A DNA stretch of 64,000 nt, from NCBI GenBank assembly GCA_041489925.1, contig JBGPSD010000004.1, forward strand, positions 25,143-89,142. The letters run 5' to 3'. Position 1 is the first letter of the stretch. Each line of letters begins with the position of its first letter. Below, piece after piece: positions 60,005-64,000 of the stretch. The notes beneath the pieces were generated by a model. The model saw only the letters and a program-made list of their open reading frames with translations, ran no database searches and was not told where the DNA came from. The stretch is from Candidatus Nanoarchaeia archaeon. Lineage in GTDB: Archaea; Nanobdellota; Nanobdellia; Woesearchaeales; ARS49. Position numbers and translations under genes: made by a program.

Positions 60005-63000
60005 ATGCACAAGAAAGGCCAATTCCTGGGAATTCCAATCCCAATAATACTGGGGATTGTCGTGATTCTGATAGTTTCAGGAGGGCTTCTATGGAGCATG
60101 GGCGGAGGAATTGCGCAAAAAATATTTGGAGAGCGCGGCATACTGCCAATTATGCAGGGGAACCAAACGTTTGTGCCTTACCAGCTGCAACTTACAGAAA
60201 GCGACCGCATAGCAATTAATTCAATGAATGCGCTCGTGTGTGCGATTAATGCAGTTTCCGGCGGCAGCCCTGAAAAGTGCGAGCAAAAAGACACATCAAT
60301 TGCTGCGGGCACAATCGGGAATGAAATACAAGGGGCAGCAGTTGCAGAAACTGGTACTCAGGAAACCTGCAATGCACAATTCGGAAACACTTGTGTGAAA
60401 TGCGGCCAGCCCACAATTCTGGGAACGGATAAAAGGCTTACAGTGGCCGACCTTGGCAAAATGATAGAGCAGTGCGCCCTAAAAACCAATTTCGCTGACG
60501 TAGACACTTATTGCGGTTATGTTCTTGGCGGAAAGTTTGATGCGCCAGTCACAAAGGAAGAGCTTGTGCAATGGCTGAAGACTCAAGCAAGCCCCGAAGT
60601 AAAAGCTGCAATAAACACCAAGTTCTGGATTGACATGAAGCCTGAAGTATTGAAGCCAGAGGGCGGTTATCATATCTGCGCAGATAATGATGGAGACAAT
60701 GAAATTTATATTTATGACCGCGTTGACTATGACAATGACTGCAAAGACCGCTATGATGCGTGGAAAAAAGAAAAGAAAGGAAACCTTTTCGCGACTGAAT
60801 GCATGGTGAAATCATTTGAGCTTCCGCAAAAGATTGAGAAGGTTGGAATTTTTAACCCGGTTTCATGGGTCGCAGGAAACAACGATCCTGATTATGTTGC
60901 GTACTTTGAAGCATTCCCCAGAGGGATGGAAAAGTTCTGGCAGGTTGATGAAATGAGCATTGTAAGTGTCTCATTGGTTGTTGGATTTGCAGTATTTGAT
61001 GCGATTCCAGGAGTAGGCAGGCTGGCAAAGGGTCTTTATAAGGGTTTCAAGACAGGCGCAAAGGAAACAGCAGAAGTAATGGCTGAGAAGACAGTTCGTG
61101 AGGGATTCCAGCAATTCTTTGAAATGGTTGGCAAACGCGGCTGGAAAAATACAATACGGACACAATTCATAGAGGACTTTGCAGAAGGATATGCCTATGG
61201 GATTGAGAAAGACCTTGCCAAGAAAGTATCAGGCAAGGTAGATGATGTGTTGCTGTCTGCGGCCAAGCGCAAAATCACGCGTGCAGAGGCGACAAAAGAA
61301 TTGGAAGAAAGCATTGTTTCTTTATTTGACGCCAGCAAAATGCGCGTTGACCCTGGTTTCCTTGATAAGACCGCGAGGGAAATTGCAGAGGGCGCCGGCA
61401 AAAACCTTGACACAATGACTGTTGAGGAACGGCAGGTTGTTTTTGAAGAGGTTGTTAAGAGATATCGAAAACAGGTGGCGTCAGAGCTTTCCGAGCAGAG
61501 CGCAGAGCTTTACAGCAAGCGCATGACCAAGGGCTTTGCCCGTGAGCTTGCACGCAGGATGGCAGTCAAGAACTTCTTCAAGGAGATGGTCAAGGAGGGC
61601 GCTGAAGAGGTTGACAAAGAAGCTGTCCAGGCATCAATAAAGAAAACACTGCGAAAGTTTGTATCGCTGCCAGAAGCAGAGCGCGAGAAAGCAGTCCAGG
61701 CAGGAATTGATCTGTCAGAGCAGTTTATGACCAAAGAAGGGCTGCTTGATTTCACGAAAATAACCGGCAGGTCATTTATTGACCCGGATATGGCAACTCG
61801 CAAGATGACAAGTCAGTTCGTTGATGCAATTGCAACAGATCAGGGCACTACGCTTGCCGAGTATTTTACGCGCGCAGGCTGGGGGGCAGCACGTGGCATC
61901 AAGCGCGGAACAGTTGGACCGCATAATCCGCTTACAGAGCCATTCAAGTTCTTTGGAGATCAGATTCCGATAAGCTTCGGCAAATTGGGCCTTGATACTG
62001 TTCCAAAGGCAGCGCAGTGGATTAACAACCACAAATATCCGATTATTGCGGCTTTGGCATTTTATGCTGCTGCCGCAGACGCTGCGAATGAGAAATTTGA
62101 GCCTGTAGGAATGAATTCGCTTGCCCTTACCAGGCCTTATCTGCGTGGAGAACCAAAGGCATTCCCGATGCAGCCAACCGTGACACCATATTATATCACC
62201 CCCCAAGACCAGGGAGGAAATGTGCGCACAGGAGAACGGCTTTACCTCGCCAGCCCATGCAAGGCAGACCTGACAGTCCAAACACAACTTTGCGAGTGCA
62301 ACCGCGTGCCATTAGGAGTCCAGCACTGGAAGTTTGCCGATGACATGCCTAAACTTGATGTGACTGGAATCAACCCGAATCTGAATGCGCTTGAGAATGA
62401 TGAGGTTATTTACGCCAATTTTGTAAAATGGCACGCAAATGAGCAGTTTAAAAGTGCGTATTTGACAATGCCTGAAGATGAAGCAGTTAATAAAATTAAA
62501 AAGGAAAAGCTTTCAGAGCGTGCCACTGATCCAATTTACAAGAAATATACATTCCTATGGGAATTTAACCCTGATTATGCTACAATAAAAACTCGTAAGG
62601 AGGCAATTGCAGCTTGGCAGCGTCTTGAGGCAGTTGATTTCTTTGAAAAGACTGTTAATGGTCTTGCTCTTGGCGCGGTTAATGGTTATGGAGTTTTGGT
62701 GGGGGTTCGTTCTGAAGAGTCAAAAGATGGGCTTCCGCAAGTGACATGGGATGAGTTTTCAGCATATTATGACTTCAGTGGCATGCAAAAGACCTGCACC
62801 CAACGCGATGTATTTACTGAATACATTGACTGGATAAAGATGGACTATACCATAATCGCAGGACAAGAAATAAAGATTCAGGATAATGTATTTGCGCACC
62901 CTGTTTACAAAACAGACTGCATCACAGTTGGAATAACCAGGGACCCCAAGTATAGGGAAACAACTGGTGCCAATTACTGCATAGATGAGTATCCGTTCAT

Positions 63001-63256
63001 GAAGCCGGTAAGATGGGCGCTTTTCGGAATTGAGATTACTGCATCCATTGCTCTTACCGCAATGACAGGCGGTACTGCTGCGCCATTCCTGATTGCATCA
63101 ACAGGAATCGTATCCGGGCTTACAGAAGAATTGCTTACCCGCGAGACCAAGTGGCCTGCTTACAATACTGAGGCTGCTCTGAATCAGGTGCCTATAGCTC
63201 AAAAAACAGTTTCGGAAGCAGAATGGTCTGCATTGGGAGGACCCCGTGGCACGTAA
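60005..63256 (+). CDS. Large (1083 aa) polytopic protein with a class III-type N-terminus, two Cys-containing external domains and a ~340-aa Lys/Glu-rich internal region
   Basis: Internal ATG at 60005 of ORF 59942..63256. The N-terminus is MHKKGQFLGIPIPIILGIVVILIVSGG. Further hydrophobic segments are MSIVSVSLVVGFAVFDAIPGVG, YPIIAALAFYAAAADAA (weak) and WALFGIEITASIALTAMTGGTAAPFLIASTGIVSGL. Confidence 0.6.
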   Translation: MHKKGQFLGIPIPIILGIVVILIVSGGLLWSMGGGIAQKIFGERGILPIMQGNQTFVPYQLQLTESDRIAINSMNALVCAINAVSGGSPEKCEQKDTSIAAGTIGNEIQGAAVAETGTQETCNAQFGNTCVKCGQPTILGTDKRLTVADLGKMIEQCALKTNFADVDTYCGYVLGGKFDAPVTKEELVQWLKTQASPEVKAAINTKFWIDMKPEVLKPEGGYHICADNDGDNEIYIYDRVDYDNDCKDRYDAWKKEKKGNLFATECMVKSFELPQKIEKVGIFNPVSWVAGNNDPDYVAYFEAFPRGMEKFWQVDEMSIVSVSLVVGFAVFDAIPGVGRLAKGLYKGFKTGAKETAEVMAEKTVREGFQQFFEMVGKRGWKNTIRTQFIEDFAEGYAYGIEKDLAKKVSGKVDDVLLSAAKRKITRAEATKELEESIVSLFDASKMRVDPGFLDKTAREIAEGAGKNLDTMTVEERQVVFEEVVKRYRKQVASELSEQSAELYSKRMTKGFARELARRMAVKNFFKEMVKEGAEEVDKEAVQASIKKTLRKFVSLPEAEREKAVQAGIDLSEQFMTKEGLLDFTKITGRSFIDPDMATRKMTSQFVDAIATDQGTTLAEYFTRAGWGAARGIKRGTVGPHNPLTEPFKFFGDQIPISFGKLGLDTVPKAAQWINNHKYPIIAALAFYAAAADAANEKFEPVGMNSLALTRPYLRGEPKAFPMQPTVTPYYITPQDQGGNVRTGERLYLASPCKADLTVQTQLCECNRVPLGVQHWKFADDMPKLDVTGINPNLNALENDEVIYANFVKWHANEQFKSAYLTMPEDEAVNKIKKEKLSERATDPIYKKYTFLWEFNPDYATIKTRKEAIAAWQRLEAVDFFEKTVNGLALGAVNGYGVLVGVRSEESKDGLPQVTWDEFSAYYDFSGMQKTCTQRDVFTEYIDWIKMDYTIIAGQEIKIQDNVFAHPVYKTDCITVGITRDPKYRETTGANYCIDEYPFMKPVRWALFGIEITASIALTAMTGGTAAPFLIASTGIVSGLTEELLTRETKWPAYNTEAALNQVPIAQKTVSEAEWSALGGPRGT

Positions 63257-63884
63257 AGCCCTGATTATTGGAATAATAGTATTGCTGATAATCGCGGGCA
63301 TTGTTTACTTCCTTGTTAAACCAGCAGCACCTTACTATTCTGATAAGCCTGCAGACTGGACAGAGAAAACTGCTGAAGGAGTGTCTGTTGACATTGAAAA
63401 GGCAACAAAAGGGCAGTCATTTGACAATGGAAGGAATGAATATTTCCTTGTAAACGGCACAAAAACCTCGTTCAAGTATGAAGGTTTCTATAAGGGCAAT
63501 TATTTTGCTGAAGAATATGCAGAGAATGGCGCTGTCAAAATGCGGGTTAGCACCACGTTCAATCCCAATGACGGAATAATTGAGGGAGTGGCAACTGAGC
63601 GCATTAACAACGGCGTTCACGAAGTATTGATTTTTGTTGATGAGGACTGGAAAAAGCAGATGCCCAGCACAAATATCATTTGGGGTGCAAAATACCAGCT
63701 TTCAAGGCCGTACGAATTCAAGCAGGTTACTAATGGGATTTATATGGACCTGATTCAGGACGACCCGAACAGATTTGGGGATAATTACAGGACATCATAT
63801 GCAGGAATAATTGTCGGAGCAATTAACCCCACAGATATCATCGAAGGCAAATCAGAAGGCAAGACCCTGATGATTTTCCAGTAA
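63246..63884 (+). CDS. Membrane-anchored extracytoplasmic protein (212 aa)
   Basis: The GTG start overlaps the upstream gene by 11 nt. The N-terminus is MARKALIIGIIVLLIIAGIVYFLV. Confidence 0.55.
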   Translation: MARKALIIGIIVLLIIAGIVYFLVKPAAPYYSDKPADWTEKTAEGVSVDIEKATKGQSFDNGRNEYFLVNGTKTSFKYEGFYKGNYFAEEYAENGAVKMRVSTTFNPNDGIIEGVATERINNGVHEVLIFVDEDWKKQMPSTNIIWGAKYQLSRPYEFKQVTNGIYMDLIQDDPNRFGDNYRTSYAGIIVGAINPTDIIEGKSEGKTLMIFQ

Positions 63885-63916
63885 TGTTTAAATAATCAAG
63901 CCATAAAGAGGGCTAC

Positions 63917-64000
63917 ATGAAACGCGCTCAGGGGCTTCCAATCAACACTATTATTCTTGCAGTGCTTGGGCTGGCTGTACTTGTCATCCTTCTTTTCCTT
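63917..64000 (+). CDS. Small type IV pilin-like protein, paralog C (5' part only; runs off the window)
   Basis: ATG at 63917 after an SD-like agaggg. The N-terminus MKRAQGLPINTIILAVLGLAVLVILLF matches paralogs A and B. Confidence 0.6.
   Translation, partial: MKRAQGLPINTIILAVLGLAVLVILLFL

Overview
The window looks like a compact archaeal chromosome segment, roughly 95% coding. Many adjacent genes overlap by 1-11 nt, and many first genes have a TATA box about 26 nt upstream of the ATG. The gene content suggests a small-genome, possibly DPANN-like archaeon; that assignment is inference only. It includes PolD DP1/DP2, Orc1/Cdc6, a histone, TFE, Hjc, FEN1, RFC, PAN, aIF2-beta, Pelota, L14e/L34e, the tRNA splicing endonuclease and Rpp30. 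I could see no metabolic genes.

I found no rRNA, tRNA, CRISPR array, integrase or transposase.

The left part (1-24.8 kb) and the middle (31.8-41.1 kb) are information-processing genes. They include a likely replication origin at 8776-9236, next to a cdc6-DP1-DP2 operon.

The most interesting content is three cell-surface loci whose globular domains I cannot place in any family I know:
- A minus-strand five-gene operon (24918-30545) encodes a pilin-like protein, a polytopic membrane protein and three paralogous lipoproteins. Two secreted proteins that are about 25% tyrosine are encoded divergently next to it.
- A translationally coupled plus-strand cluster (41614-53876) mixes five pilin-like proteins with three large Cys-rich secreted proteins. 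One is a 1692-aa Ig-repeat, Ca-binding-repeat, membrane-anchored giant.
- A third locus (57303-64000) encodes three small paralogous pilins, three unlisted single-TM micro-ORFs, two TM plus EF-hand proteins and a 1083-aa polytopic protein with a pilin-type N-terminus.

Eleven proteins in the window share the N-terminal pattern M-x(0-5)-[KR][KR][AG]-Q (or a close variant) followed by a hydrophobic helix. No pilus ATPase, platform protein or prepilin peptidase is visible.

One large cluster protein is cut by an in-frame TAA. The next 56 codons stay open and encode two more copies of the cluster's Cys motif.
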